Of a DNA stretch of 44,087 nt, positions 1 through 9,238 are shown in pieces; position 1 is the stretch's first letter; the number at the start of each line of letters is the position of its first letter. Made by a program: the position numbers and the translations under genes. The DNA comes from a virus. The notes under the pieces were generated by a model. The model was not told where the DNA came from. It worked only from the letters and a program-made list of their open reading frames with translations, and made no database searches. The stretch is taken from IMG/VR virus record IMGVR_UViG_3300025009_000032. One strand, written 5' to 3'.

Positions 1-127
1 AAAAGAGAAACTATACAATGACAGCCAATATTTTAGTATTATTAAAATTAAATTAGTATCTTTGTAAAATGAAATTATCAGAATCAGATGTAAAGTATAT
101 TAGAGCAAGTAAACTAAGTGACAAAAC
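1..127. repeat. Terminal direct repeat, left copy (identical to 43961-44087)
   Basis: Bases 1-127 are repeated exactly at 43961-44087, giving a unit length of 43960 bp. Consistent with a circularly closed assembly or a short terminal redundancy. Confidence 0.95.
57..64 (+). promoter_or_regulatory. Bacteroidota-type -7 promoter box TATCTTTG
   Basis: Matches TAnnTTTG. An ATG lies 5 nt downstream (69), so the mRNA would be nearly leaderless. Same arrangement as at 1214. Confidence 0.45.
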
Positions 128-179
128 GTTATTGCTGTATGAGGCGTTTTGCCTACCGAACAGCACAACACTTGATTAG
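69..179 (+). CDS. Small hypothetical protein (36 aa)
   Basis: ORF MKLSESDVKYIRASKLSDKTLLLYEAF... begins just after the -7 box. The N-terminus resembles the start of small HTH proteins. Below the ORF-track cutoff. Confidence 0.3.
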   Translation: MKLSESDVKYIRASKLSDKTLLLYEAFCLPNSTTLD

Positions 180-207
180 AATTACAAACTTTAAATTAGT
201 ATAAACG

Positions 208-513
208 ATGAAAAAAGATAGCAAAATGACTTATGACAGCGTGTTATATGCTGTTTGCCCAGAGTGCGGTGGCGATGGGAAAGAAACATGCACAAACCCT
301 GACCACGGGCTAATAAGTGCTTTAAGTTGGCACGATATAGGTAGAATTGGCTGTCCATGCTGTGGGCATGACCCAGACCACAAAGTGCCTAACGGTGGTG
401 AATGCGAGGCGTGCGGTGGGACTGGTAAAATGACCATGAAAGACGCTGAGGAATATGTAAGCGGATATGATTATGAAATAGGAATACAGCCTTTAGGGGC
501 AAATTGCATATAA
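208..513 (+). CDS. Cys-rich protein with DnaJ-type CxxCxGxG zinc-finger-like motifs
   Basis: 101 aa containing CPECGGDG, CPCCGHD and CEACGGTG. Locally much more GC-rich than its surroundings. Confidence 0.6.
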   Translation: MKKDSKMTYDSVLYAVCPECGGDGKETCTNPDHGLISALSWHDIGRIGCPCCGHDPDHKVPNGGECEACGGTGKMTMKDAEEYVSGYDYEIGIQPLGANCI

Positions 514-652
514 CACTTGCATTTAAGTATAAGGTAAGCCGAAGCAATATAAATGAGATAAGAAATTATAAAAAGAGAGTGAAAAATAAATAATATGTTA
601 TAAAACATTTATGTAAAATAATCAACCTATAAATCAATCACTTACAAAAAAC

Positions 653-696
653 ATGATAAAAGTCATTGTTTTGCCTTTCTTTATGTAGTATTTTTG
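653..696 (+). promoter_or_regulatory. Early promoter with palindromic operator (copy 1 of 5)
   Basis: ATGATAAAAGTCAT (653-666), then exactly 22 nt, then the -7 box TATTTTTG (689-696). Intergenic, upstream of the 720 ORF. Confidence 0.65.
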
Positions 697-719
697 TTGC
701 ATAATTAAAATATAATAAG

Positions 720-1013
720 ATGAATATAGTAGAAATAGGGCAACAAGGAAAATTAGGAAAAGAAATACTAACTGTGGTTTCTTTTAATGAAAAAACATTT
801 ACGTGCGAAGGTGGAAGAACTTTTTTATTAAATAATGCAAAGTGGATGACTGAAGGCAAAGATGTAAAAGTAAAAGCACCTAAAAAAAATAAATCTTACT
901 TTTTTAATAATGAAAAATGTGAAAAAGATTTAAATGAAAAATTAAATGTAAATGAATTTGATGTATTTTTGCAAAATTCAGTTAAAAAACAATTACCAAG
1001 TTCATTAAGATAA
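720..1013 (+). CDS. Hypothetical protein
   Basis: 97-aa ORF, the first gene downstream of operator-promoter copy 1. Confidence 0.6.
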   Translation: MNIVEIGQQGKLGKEILTVVSFNEKTFTCEGGRTFLLNNAKWMTEGKDVKVKAPKKNKSYFFNNEKCEKDLNEKLNVNEFDVFLQNSVKKQLPSSLR

Positions 1014-1020
1014 AATTATT

Positions 1021-1197
1021 ATGAAGATTATAACTAAAAAAGAAGCTGAAGAATTAGGTTGGTTGTTTTTAACTACAGGTAATACAATGACTGCCTCGAA
1101 AAAAGGAGAAACGATTCAACCTGTTAAAACATTTATAGGATGTTTATTAACTTTAAGAAAAAAAATAACAAAATTTGAAACGCAGATTAGTTGCTAA
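1021..1197 (+). CDS. Small hypothetical protein (58 aa)
   Basis: ATG 8 nt after the previous stop. Uninterrupted 58 codons counted by hand. Below the track cutoff. Confidence 0.45.
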   Translation: MKIITKKEAEELGWLFLTTGNTMTASKKGETIQPVKTFIGCLLTLRKKITKFETQISC

Positions 1198-1213
1198 ATT
1201 GTATTAATTAATA

Positions 1214-1221
1214 TATCTTTG
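1214..1221 (+). promoter_or_regulatory. Bacteroidota-type -7 promoter box TATCTTTG
   Basis: TATCTTTGCAAAATG is nearly identical to the 57-71 arrangement. GTTG lies 20 nt upstream. Located ahead of the terminase block. Confidence 0.45.
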
Positions 1222-1225
1222 CAAA

Positions 1226-1453
1226 ATGAATTATATAAAATTTCAATATAAGTATAATTTAAAAATTAGACAAAAAATATTAAATTTAAGACCTGTATTT
1301 TATGTTATAATAAGAGGTAATGGATTTACTATTCCTGATTTTATGATTGAACTATTTAATACAATTAAATTTACTCACATGTCTGCACATCATGGATTTA
1401 TGTTGATTTTTGAAATATTTAATAAACAGAAAATAGTTGAAATAGGAAACTAA
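1226..1453 (+). CDS. Doubtful small ORF (75 aa)
   Basis: Low-complexity AT-rich ORF. Its only support is an ATG 5 nt after the -7 box. Confidence 0.3.
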   Translation: MNYIKFQYKYNLKIRQKILNLRPVFYVIIRGNGFTIPDFMIELFNTIKFTHMSAHHGFMLIFEIFNKQKIVEIGN

Positions 1454-1512
1454 AATAATCATGGCTAAAAAACAAGAGATTAAACAGGATAAGAACAATT
1501 ACAGACAACATA

Positions 1513-2058
1513 ATGGCAGCACCTAAAAACAATCAATTTTGGAAATTAAGAAGTAAGCACGGAAGAGATAAGTTATTTAAAACTCCCGAGTTACTCTGGG
1601 AGGCAGCATGTGAGTATTTTCAATGGTGTGATGAAAACCCATTTAAGATAGTAGAGCAAACCAAATCACAATCAAAAGGAGTGATAAACGTAAAAACGGG
1701 AGAGGTTACATTTCCAAACGCATTAACTGAATTACCTGTTATAAGACCATATACAATTCATGGGTTGTGTTTATATTTAGATTGTAACTGTATGTATTTT
1801 AATCACTTTGAAGAAAGTTTGAAAGACAAAACAGATAAACAGTCTAAAGATTTTTCTATAATCATTACACGCATACGAGAAACTATTTATAATCAAAAGT
1901 TCTCAGGTGCTGCTTCTGGCTTCTTTAATTCAAGTATTATAGCCCGAGATTTAGGGCTTATTGATAAATCAGAAAATAAAACAGAGGTTGGAATTTCCCA
2001 AGAGTTTACTGATGTTATGAAAAAATACAACGAAATTAACGAAAATAAAAAATCGTAA
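1513..2058 (+). CDS. terS: Terminase small subunit
   Basis: N-terminal NNQFWKLRSKHGRDKLF..LWEAACEYFQWCDENPF pattern that I recognise from Bacteroidota-phage small terminases. Lies directly upstream of TerL. Confidence 0.75.
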   Translation: MAAPKNNQFWKLRSKHGRDKLFKTPELLWEAACEYFQWCDENPFKIVEQTKSQSKGVINVKTGEVTFPNALTELPVIRPYTIHGLCLYLDCNCMYFNHFEESLKDKTDKQSKDFSIIITRIRETIYNQKFSGAASGFFNSSIIARDLGLIDKSENKTEVGISQEFTDVMKKYNEINENKKS

Positions 2059-2091
2059 CTATTTGAAGGACATCCGCAGGTATAATTTTAA

Positions 2092-3531
2092 ATGAATACT
2101 GAATTAATAGACTTATCAAATAATTTAAAATCAAATTTCTTTGAATATTTCAAAGCTACATGGTCTATTTATTCAGATGAAAGATTAATTGTTGCAGATT
2201 ATCACGAATATTTATGTAATCAAGCTCAAGAGTTAGGAGGGTATATTTTAAGAAGGGAGAGACCTCCGCACAAATGGACTGTTGTAAACATTCCGCCAGG
2301 CACAAGTAAAAGTTCTATATGGTCAATTGCATTTCCTACGTGGCTACTTGCAAATGACCCTTCAGTATTCACAATTAACAGTTCATACAGTTATGAGTTA
2401 TCTGCTCAATTTGTAAGGAAATCATTAAAAATTATTAAGAGTGATTTTTTTAAATATCTTTTTGGTGAAATTGAATTAACAAAAGAGACAGAGAGCTATT
2501 TTGAGACTAATCAAAACGGAGGGAGGTATGCAACTTCAACAGGAGGAACAATAACAGGTGTACATGGTAACTTATTTATACATGATGACCCTTTAAGTGT
2601 TCAGGATAGTTCAAGTAAAGCAAAACGAGATAGTGCCAACAGGTTTATTTTTGAGGCAACTGTTGACAGGGTAAGAGATAAAGAAATTACACCTTTTATT
2701 TTAGTAATGCAAAGACTACATGAAGAAGACCCAACTGAAAGTATTTTAACAAAAAATATTAAATTAAATCATATCTGTTTACCTGCCGAATTGTCTAATA
2801 TGACAACTGAGGGCTTGGAATATCTTTATAATGATGGATTGCTTGACCCTGTAAGAATAGGGCAAGTAGTAATTGAGGAAAAAAAAGAGGAGTTGGGGAG
2901 TGTAAGTTATGCGGGGCAATATGAACAAAACCCGATTGTTAAAGGTGGTAATAAGATAAAAGGTGAATGGTTTAATTATACAACATTAAAAGAGCTACCG
3001 ACAACGTTAAAATGGGATTTATGGCTGGACGGTGCATATACTAAGCAAACAGCCAACGACCCGACAGGAATAATGATAACTGCTTTTTTAAATAATATTC
3101 TTTATATTCGTTATGCTGGTTCTAAACATTTAGAAATGCCTGAACTATTAAAGTGGCTGCAAGTTTTAGGAGTGGAGCATGAAATAAAAGCAAATAGCAG
3201 GGTGTTTATAGAACCAAAGGCAACAGGTTTAACATTACAGCAACTATTAAGGCAAAGCCATTTTAATCCTGTTTTAATTGAAAGTAAATTAGTAGGTGAA
3301 GGGAAGGAAGCGAGGATACAAACAGCAAGTCCAAAGGTTGATGCTGGAAAAGTAACACTAATAAAAAACAATTGGAATAGTGAGTTTATTTATCAATTGG
3401 AAGGCTTCCCTAACTGTAAAAATGATGAATATGTAGATTTAATAGGATATGCTGTTGATTATTATTATAAAATGAATTACTCAGCCCCAAAAACAGGTAA
3501 TGCGACTTATAATCCAAACGTAAGATTTTAA
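2092..3531 (+). CDS. terL: Terminase large subunit
   Basis: 479 aa. Walker A-like PPGTSKS, Walker B-like LFIHDDP, and a C-terminal nuclease-like region with acidic DEYVDL. Confidence 0.9.
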   Translation: MNTELIDLSNNLKSNFFEYFKATWSIYSDERLIVADYHEYLCNQAQELGGYILRRERPPHKWTVVNIPPGTSKSSIWSIAFPTWLLANDPSVFTINSSYSYELSAQFVRKSLKIIKSDFFKYLFGEIELTKETESYFETNQNGGRYATSTGGTITGVHGNLFIHDDPLSVQDSSSKAKRDSANRFIFEATVDRVRDKEITPFILVMQRLHEEDPTESILTKNIKLNHICLPAELSNMTTEGLEYLYNDGLLDPVRIGQVVIEEKKEELGSVSYAGQYEQNPIVKGGNKIKGEWFNYTTLKELPTTLKWDLWLDGAYTKQTANDPTGIMITAFLNNILYIRYAGSKHLEMPELLKWLQVLGVEHEIKANSRVFIEPKATGLTLQQLLRQSHFNPVLIESKLVGEGKEARIQTASPKVDAGKVTLIKNNWNSEFIYQLEGFPNCKNDEYVDLIGYAVDYYYKMNYSAPKTGNATYNPNVRF

Positions 3532-3579
3532 TGTTTTTAATTTTAGGAATAGCATTAATGATATTAATTGAGTTAGATA

Positions 3580-3771
3580 ATGAATAAACATGTAACAAAG
3601 TGCAAAGATTGCATTAAGGAGATTTCAGAATGTCCGATTAGAGAAAGTCAAATACAAAGAGGGCTAACTCCTGCGGGTTGTAATTTAATTACAAATAATA
3701 CAAAAAGCGAAAGGGAGGAGCTAACTGAAGAACAATTGCTAAAAAATAATCCATTTCATTTTAGTTGGTAG
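3580..3771 (+). CDS. Hypothetical protein
   Basis: 63-aa ORF containing several Cys (CKDC, C..C). Confidence 0.45.
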   Translation: MNKHVTKCKDCIKEISECPIRESQIQRGLTPAGCNLITNNTKSEREELTEEQLLKNNPFHFSW

Positions 3772-3774
3772 ATA

Positions 3775-3999
3775 ATGAATGTTAATAAGACAGTAACAGA
3801 TTGTTTAAAAGATGCTATAAAAAGAGCAGAGCGTAAGATGAACGACAATAAAGGCTTTTATATGTCTATAAATGACATTAGTCGTTTTCTTATGGTAGGT
3901 AAAAAGAAAATAAGATCTATAATAAAAGACAATAAGATTAAGCCAGTTGATGATTACGGTTGGTATTATTATTTAGATGAAATTCAAAAATATTTATGA
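3775..3999 (+). CDS. Putative helix-turn-helix DNA-binding protein (excisionase/MerR-like fold)
   Basis: 74 aa. MSINDISRFLMVGKKKIRSIIKDNKIKP resembles Xis-type HTH domains. No integrase is present. Confidence 0.45.
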   Translation: MNVNKTVTDCLKDAIKRAERKMNDNKGFYMSINDISRFLMVGKKKIRSIIKDNKIKPVDDYGWYYYLDEIQKYL

Positions 4000-4682
4000 T
4001 TAAAAAAAACGCTACAAATTTAGATAATGACTTCCCGAACACTTGGGAAGATTTAACGGTAAAACAGGGTATTCATATTAAAAATAAAATGTCTTATGAC
4101 TATCTATTGTTTGTTTTAACAGGCAAAAGATGTAAGGTTAACAATATAATTGAATACTTAGAGTTTGACAAAGAAATTGAATTAATTGAAGTTCCGAAGC
4201 AAATAACAAAAATACTTTCATACACTCCATTTAAGCAGATTAAAACAACTATACCTACTAATCCTTACATGGTGGAGTTTGGAATAAAATTGGTATGTCA
4301 AAATATCTTAAACAGGCAGCAAACAAAAAAGCTAAGTGATAACAAAATTTTGATTGAATTTACAAGTAACTGTTTAGATTTTGATGTATCAAATGAAAAT
4401 TATATACAAATGTTATCAATTTATTTTCATTATAAAGAAATGATTTTAAAATTGATTTATAATGATTCTATCTTATCACGTCCTACATCTGAAGAGCAAC
4501 TAAAAACAGGAGTTGAGTTTTCACCTGCAGAAAATCAAAATATGTTAATTCAAAGGATTGCTGCTGTTTATGGATGCAATATGGAACAAGTTATGAAATT
4601 ACCTTATACTGTTGTATTTGAGATATTAAAAACAGATATAAAGACTTATGATTTAAATTTAGCAATGAGTAAAGTAAAATGA
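3996..4682 (+). CDS. Hypothetical protein
   Basis: 228-aa ORF whose start overlaps the upstream stop by 4 nt. Confidence 0.6.
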   Translation: MIKKNATNLDNDFPNTWEDLTVKQGIHIKNKMSYDYLLFVLTGKRCKVNNIIEYLEFDKEIELIEVPKQITKILSYTPFKQIKTTIPTNPYMVEFGIKLVCQNILNRQQTKKLSDNKILIEFTSNCLDFDVSNENYIQMLSIYFHYKEMILKLIYNDSILSRPTSEEQLKTGVEFSPAENQNMLIQRIAAVYGCNMEQVMKLPYTVVFEILKTDIKTYDLNLAMSKVK

Positions 4683-4831
4683 ACGAATTAGAAAATAGAT
4701 TATTAGATATTGAGCTTAAATTTTTAGAATTGCAAATTCAAGTATTAGAAATGCAATCAAAGGAAGGTATCATAAAAAGATTTTTAAAGAAAACAGGTAA
4801 AATATTTGCAAAATTGATTTTCATGTTGTAA
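4679..4831 (+). CDS. Small hypothetical protein (50 aa)
   Basis: ATGA start/stop overlap with the upstream gene. Coiled-coil-like N-terminus and hydrophobic C-terminus. Codons counted by hand. Confidence 0.4.
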   Translation: MNELENRLLDIELKFLELQIQVLEMQSKEGIIKRFLKKTGKIFAKLIFML

Positions 4832-4850
4832 TATTGCAAAAAATATAAAT

Positions 4851-5087
4851 ATGACTAAAATCATAAAATCAAATGCTTTAAAACATGTTAAATATAAGTA
4901 TGAGAGGTCTTTTAAACTCACTACGTCAGACCCAATAAAAATATGTGAATCAATTAACAAAAACGAAATGTTTAAAGATTTATGTTATTTGGGAGATGGA
5001 GAATTAAAGTCAAAAAACGAAAACAAAGCATATTTTTATTTTGACCCTTTAAGTTGGGTTTTAGTAATTAAATATAATTTATCATGA
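4851..5087 (+). CDS. Hypothetical protein
   Basis: 78-aa ORF in the virion-module gene string. Confidence 0.5.
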   Translation: MTKIIKSNALKHVKYKYERSFKLTTSDPIKICESINKNEMFKDLCYLGDGELKSKNENKAYFYFDPLSWVLVIKYNLS

Positions 5088-5527
5088 TTTTATCAATAAT
5101 AGAAGCAATAACACCAACTCTCACCGATACCTTTGAGCTTGTTGTAGGGAAACCAGAGGAACAAGTTATAAATGATAAAGCTACTCAGATAATTATATTA
5201 GACTTGCCTTTTGGAATTACGCCGATTGAAAGTAAATCGAATGTAATACCATTAAAATATTTTATTCAATTAAGATTTTTAATAAAATCTGATTTAAAAA
5301 ACGAAAATACACGAACACAACATACAAAGTATTGTATTCCTATGATTAATGCAGCAGTTGAATTTAAGCGTTTAATTGATACATACAAGGATTCAGACGA
5401 TAATATACCGATACAGTCAGTTACTGATATAAAGATTAATCCACTATACAACTGGAAGCGGTTAAACAATAACTATTCAGGTTGTGAATTGATTTTTAAT
5501 GTAGAAATAAATAATAATAATTGTTAA
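5084..5527 (+). CDS. Hypothetical virion-module protein
   Basis: 147-aa ORF with a 4-nt overlap with the upstream gene. Confidence 0.6.
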   Translation: MILSIIEAITPTLTDTFELVVGKPEEQVINDKATQIIILDLPFGITPIESKSNVIPLKYFIQLRFLIKSDLKNENTRTQHTKYCIPMINAAVEFKRLIDTYKDSDDNIPIQSVTDIKINPLYNWKRLNNNYSGCELIFNVEINNNNC

Positions 5528-5528
5528 T

Positions 5529-5900
5529 ATGCTTGGAATAATAAAATTAAGAAATAGAGTATCTAAATTAGAGATAAAAAATAACTCATTAGAATTTAGG
5601 ATATTTCAATTAAGTACTGAGATATCAAAAACTAATGAATATTTGCATTATTTAGATTACAAAGACAAAAACCCATTTGTATATGAGATAGGATTTAAAT
5701 ACAAGGGCATAAAAGTAATAAAAAGGGAATATTTTAAAAATGTTATAAAATCAGAATATGAAAATGATTATGAGTGGGGGAAAAAATATTCGGTTATAAA
5801 TATTAATTCACATATAGTATATGACATTAACGAAAATAAATTAACAGAAATTATAAGTAATGATAATTTTAATGAATTAGCAAAAGAAAGAAATGTTTAA
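5529..5900 (+). CDS. Hypothetical protein
   Basis: 123-aa ORF, tightly packed with its neighbours. Confidence 0.55.
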   Translation: MLGIIKLRNRVSKLEIKNNSLEFRIFQLSTEISKTNEYLHYLDYKDKNPFVYEIGFKYKGIKVIKREYFKNVIKSEYENDYEWGKKYSVININSHIVYDINENKLTEIISNDNFNELAKERNV

Positions 5901-6366
5901 TCCAAAAGAAGTATTACAGCAACTTTGCGACAATCTTATTAGTGATATTGTTGCAACTGGAGTTTTAGGAGACTTGACAAAGTTAATTGATTCCGAAAGT
6001 TCAGAGAGTGGATGTAAAATTACCGTTCCTTATTGGTTTGCTGTATTTCAAGACGGGAGGAAACCAGGTTCATTTCCTCCACCAAAAGAAATATTAAAGT
6101 ACGTTCTTTCGCATGATTTGATAAATAAAATAGAAGGGTTTAAAACACCTGAACAATTAACCAACGCTATATGTTTCACTATGTATTATAAAGGGAATAG
6201 ACTTTATAGGGCGTTAAACGGAGGTGAACAAAAAGGCGGATATAATCCAAAGCGAATTGAATTTGATAAAATATTTAGCGAAAATAGGATTAATTCAGCA
6301 TTGTCATTAATTGCAGACAATTATCAAAGTGAGGTAACAAGTGATATAATAAACATATTCAAATGA
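5893..6366 (+). CDS. Hypothetical virion-module protein
   Basis: 157-aa ORF overlapping both neighbours. Confidence 0.6.
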   Translation: MFNPKEVLQQLCDNLISDIVATGVLGDLTKLIDSESSESGCKITVPYWFAVFQDGRKPGSFPPPKEILKYVLSHDLINKIEGFKTPEQLTNAICFTMYYKGNRLYRALNGGEQKGGYNPKRIEFDKIFSENRINSALSLIADNYQSEVTSDIINIFK

Positions 6367-7730
6367 GTGTAATAATATCTAAGAAACCCGAAAGGAACGC
6401 ATATTTAGCAAACGGTAATACTGACACCAATAAAGTCAGTCGCTGGGTTGTAGCGTGTAAAGATATACCTATATACTATGAATTACAACGTAAGGACTAC
6501 GGAGGTACTATTATCGGAGTTTACTATGCTTACAATGGACAATCTTTTTATTATCTTAAATTCACTCCTACATCAAATTTTGATGAAACAGTTACAAAAC
6601 AAAATCAAACAACTTATAAAGCAGGAGACTTAGTTTATATAGGTGATGAAAGCACCAATGCAACATATAGTGGGACTTATGAAGTTTTGGATATCGTAAA
6701 TAAAACAACAAATGTCTCACTTGGAACAGCGACAACATTAAACCAAACTAACTATGCCTTAATTTTAAATAAAATAGTTTCAAGTCAAATAAACAATGCC
6801 TTAGAATTAGACATCTTAGGTAATCAGGTTAATACTTTATCCTCATTTAAAACAGCATTTATAAACCTGCCATCAAGTAGAACCAACCATCATGTTGAAG
6901 TTGATATATTAGGAATAAGCATTGATACAAACGGCAATAATATATATAATATCTTAGGAACTATTGATTGTTTTTCTGATAAGGAAGGTAAGATATTAGT
7001 TCAGATTGAAGATTATATCATAACTCTTTTAACTTTTGAAAATAAATATGATTATGAAACATTAAATTGGGCAGATACTTTCAACTCAGGAGCTTTTAAT
7101 ATTGGTTATCGTGAAATTTGGAGCAATAATAAAACAGATGCAAGTCCAAACTTAGACGATAATAAAAACTTTGATGTAACTACTTTCGCTCCTCAAATGA
7201 CGTATTATTCAAATGCTGCTAAACAGATAATGGATTTGTATGGGCAAAATTTAGCAGAGTTTGTTCCTGTACAGAATCAAACATCAGTAAAAGCAAAGGC
7301 ATTAAATGATGAACGTCCTACATGGTTTCGTGGTTTTCCTTTCAGTTTTGACTTTATTTATTCTGATAATTTAGTTGTTGCTGGTTCTAATGGAATACGT
7401 TTAAAGTGGCAGGAATTTGAAGACAACGGCTATTATCAAGGTGGATTAGCAGCGGTTTATCATTATACTGATGTATTAGATAATTCACAAGCTCTTTATG
7501 TTAATAGATGCACTTTAATTGAAAATGATGTAAAATATGAACCAAGTTGCCTTGTTAAGACACTTAGGGTCGTAGTAGTGTATGACCAAGCTACAACATT
7601 AACAAATAATTTTACTGATTATTATGATGACGGTGTCGTAGAACAGGGTATAATGGCAGATATACCAATTATAAAGGTTGTTAATCAACACCCACCAACT
7701 AATGTTAACTCTTTAATTGAATTACCATAA
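6363..7730 (+). CDS. Putative virion structural protein (tail/baseplate-like)
   Basis: 455 aa, N/T/Y-rich with beta-type composition. Sits in the late block. No recognisable motif. Confidence 0.55.
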   Translation: MSVIISKKPERNAYLANGNTDTNKVSRWVVACKDIPIYYELQRKDYGGTIIGVYYAYNGQSFYYLKFTPTSNFDETVTKQNQTTYKAGDLVYIGDESTNATYSGTYEVLDIVNKTTNVSLGTATTLNQTNYALILNKIVSSQINNALELDILGNQVNTLSSFKTAFINLPSSRTNHHVEVDILGISIDTNGNNIYNILGTIDCFSDKEGKILVQIEDYIITLLTFENKYDYETLNWADTFNSGAFNIGYREIWSNNKTDASPNLDDNKNFDVTTFAPQMTYYSNAAKQIMDLYGQNLAEFVPVQNQTSVKAKALNDERPTWFRGFPFSFDFIYSDNLVVAGSNGIRLKWQEFEDNGYYQGGLAAVYHYTDVLDNSQALYVNRCTLIENDVKYEPSCLVKTLRVVVVYDQATTLTNNFTDYYDDGVVEQGIMADIPIIKVVNQHPPTNVNSLIELP

Positions 7731-8197
7731 TGCTAATAGAAATAACAGAAGAATTATTTATTGACGTAGTACAGCCACCAAGAAACCCTATATTTGTTGT
7801 TTGGTTAAATGCTAATAATGGATTATCTTATTGGTGTTTTGGAATCAATACGGTTAACGGCAAAAAAGTTGAAAGTTTAGGAACTAAGGAAGATTTTATA
7901 TTAGACTTGCAAACTACATTAAGGCGAAGTGCAGATATTGGTAAGAAAACCATTAATCAGATTGTCGCTACTTATGAACATGTGGCAAAGTCAAAAGCAG
8001 AATGGATAAGCAAGATTACAGATAGCCCTTCGGTGTGGCTTTATAAAGGAATTAGGACATTAAATGGAATTGATGAAATATTGTGGCAGCAAATAAAGGT
8101 TGGTACTGGGAGTTTTCAGGTTTCCGAAAGTGATTTTAACACAAGCAAATTAACTATAACAATTGATTTACCAGAACAATTTAATCAATCTTACTAA
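7730..8197 (+). CDS. Hypothetical virion-module protein
   Basis: 155-aa ORF whose start abuts the upstream stop. Confidence 0.6.
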   Translation: MLIEITEELFIDVVQPPRNPIFVVWLNANNGLSYWCFGINTVNGKKVESLGTKEDFILDLQTTLRRSADIGKKTINQIVATYEHVAKSKAEWISKITDSPSVWLYKGIRTLNGIDEILWQQIKVGTGSFQVSESDFNTSKLTITIDLPEQFNQSY

Positions 8198-8412
8198 TGA
8201 AATATTTAAAAATATGGGACAGAGTGAAAGCATTTAATGATATTGATGGATGGCAAAACGGCACAGTATCAAGTCAATTTAATAATGATAAAAAAGGAGT
8301 TGAACAAAAAGTATATTGCGATGTTGAATGGGACAATTCTTTTACTAATGCAAAAGTATCAATTTCTTTGGATAGTAGAATTGAAAATAATGATACATTA
8401 ATAAAAATATGA
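8197..8412 (+). CDS. Hypothetical protein
   Basis: 71-aa ORF, translationally coupled on both sides. Confidence 0.5.
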   Translation: MKYLKIWDRVKAFNDIDGWQNGTVSSQFNNDKKGVEQKVYCDVEWDNSFTNAKVSISLDSRIENNDTLIKI

Positions 8413-9032
8413 GTAACAGAAAAGCAAAAAGAGAATTAACACGGTCAAATACGTATTTAAGCAACCTTTTAAAAGATTTCTTTAATGATTGTTTGATTTA
8501 TACTGATGAATATTGTTATAAGAGATTGGCAATTAAATATAATGTTAATGTTCCTTATGATATTAGTGTTATTAAATCATTAATCATTGGACATTACGTG
8601 GCAAATAACCCAGAAACATCAAATACAAATGAAAGAATAGATTTTAAAAGTATGCTCAAAAAAGACAAAGATAATTGTTTTAAGTCTTTAATAAATGCCA
8701 AGTACTCAAAAGTAGACCACGAATGGAATAACTTTTACCACAATAAAAACAAAGATAAAAATTTCAGTATTGCATTAAAATACGGACGTATTGAAACAGC
8801 TTTAATTGATTCTTATAACTCAACTAAAGGAACTATAAAAGCTAAATTGTTTTTTGTTAAAATAATTAGAGCTTTGAAACTTGAAAACAGATTAAAATTA
8901 GAATTAAGAAATATAGGGCTTTGGATTAGTTTTTATTTTCAAAACATCAAACCAATGAATAAGATATTTATTAATTATTTCAAGGTTAATTTCAATCAGA
9001 GTTATAAACAATTTGAACAATTATTTAAATGA
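8409..9032 (+). CDS. Hypothetical protein
   Basis: 207-aa basic ORF. Confidence 0.55.
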   Translation: MSNRKAKRELTRSNTYLSNLLKDFFNDCLIYTDEYCYKRLAIKYNVNVPYDISVIKSLIIGHYVANNPETSNTNERIDFKSMLKKDKDNCFKSLINAKYSKVDHEWNNFYHNKNKDKNFSIALKYGRIETALIDSYNSTKGTIKAKLFFVKIIRALKLENRLKLELRNIGLWISFYFQNIKPMNKIFINYFKVNFNQSYKQFEQLFK

Positions 9033-9238
9033 GATATTTTGACCCTACATTATCATTTTATGATAATTTAAGCAGATTAGAGCAAAAGAAGCCTTGTATT
9101 ATACAAAAATCTATTAATTTTAAGTCGGAATATAAAAATAATATTACACATATTTTTATAACACATAATGATTTATCTCTTTATTACATAAGAGGATTGT
9201 TTATTAATTATAATGATTCAACTTTATATATGAATTAA
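9029..9238 (+). CDS. Hypothetical protein
   Basis: 69-aa ORF, coupled to its neighbours. Confidence 0.4.
   Translation: MRYFDPTLSFYDNLSRLEQKKPCIIQKSINFKSEYKNNITHIFITHNDLSLYYIRGLFINYNDSTLYMN

Noticed and set aside
67-519. 8-bp direct repeat AACACTTG (67-74 and 512-519) flanking the Cys-rich ORF, considered as a target-site duplication
   Set aside because: It is too short to distinguish from chance in a 44-kb sequence without a formal test, and no inverted terminal repeats or mobility gene accompany it.
3775-3999. Xis-like HTH protein as evidence of a lysogeny module
   Set aside because: No integrase, CI-type repressor or attP-like site was found anywhere in the closed genome. The gene sits in the late block. 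It is treated as a generic DNA-binding protein.
8503-8509. CTGATGA hammerhead-ribozyme core motif
   Set aside because: It is an isolated 7-mer inside an ORF. No flanking stems or a GAAA element at the appropriate spacing are present.
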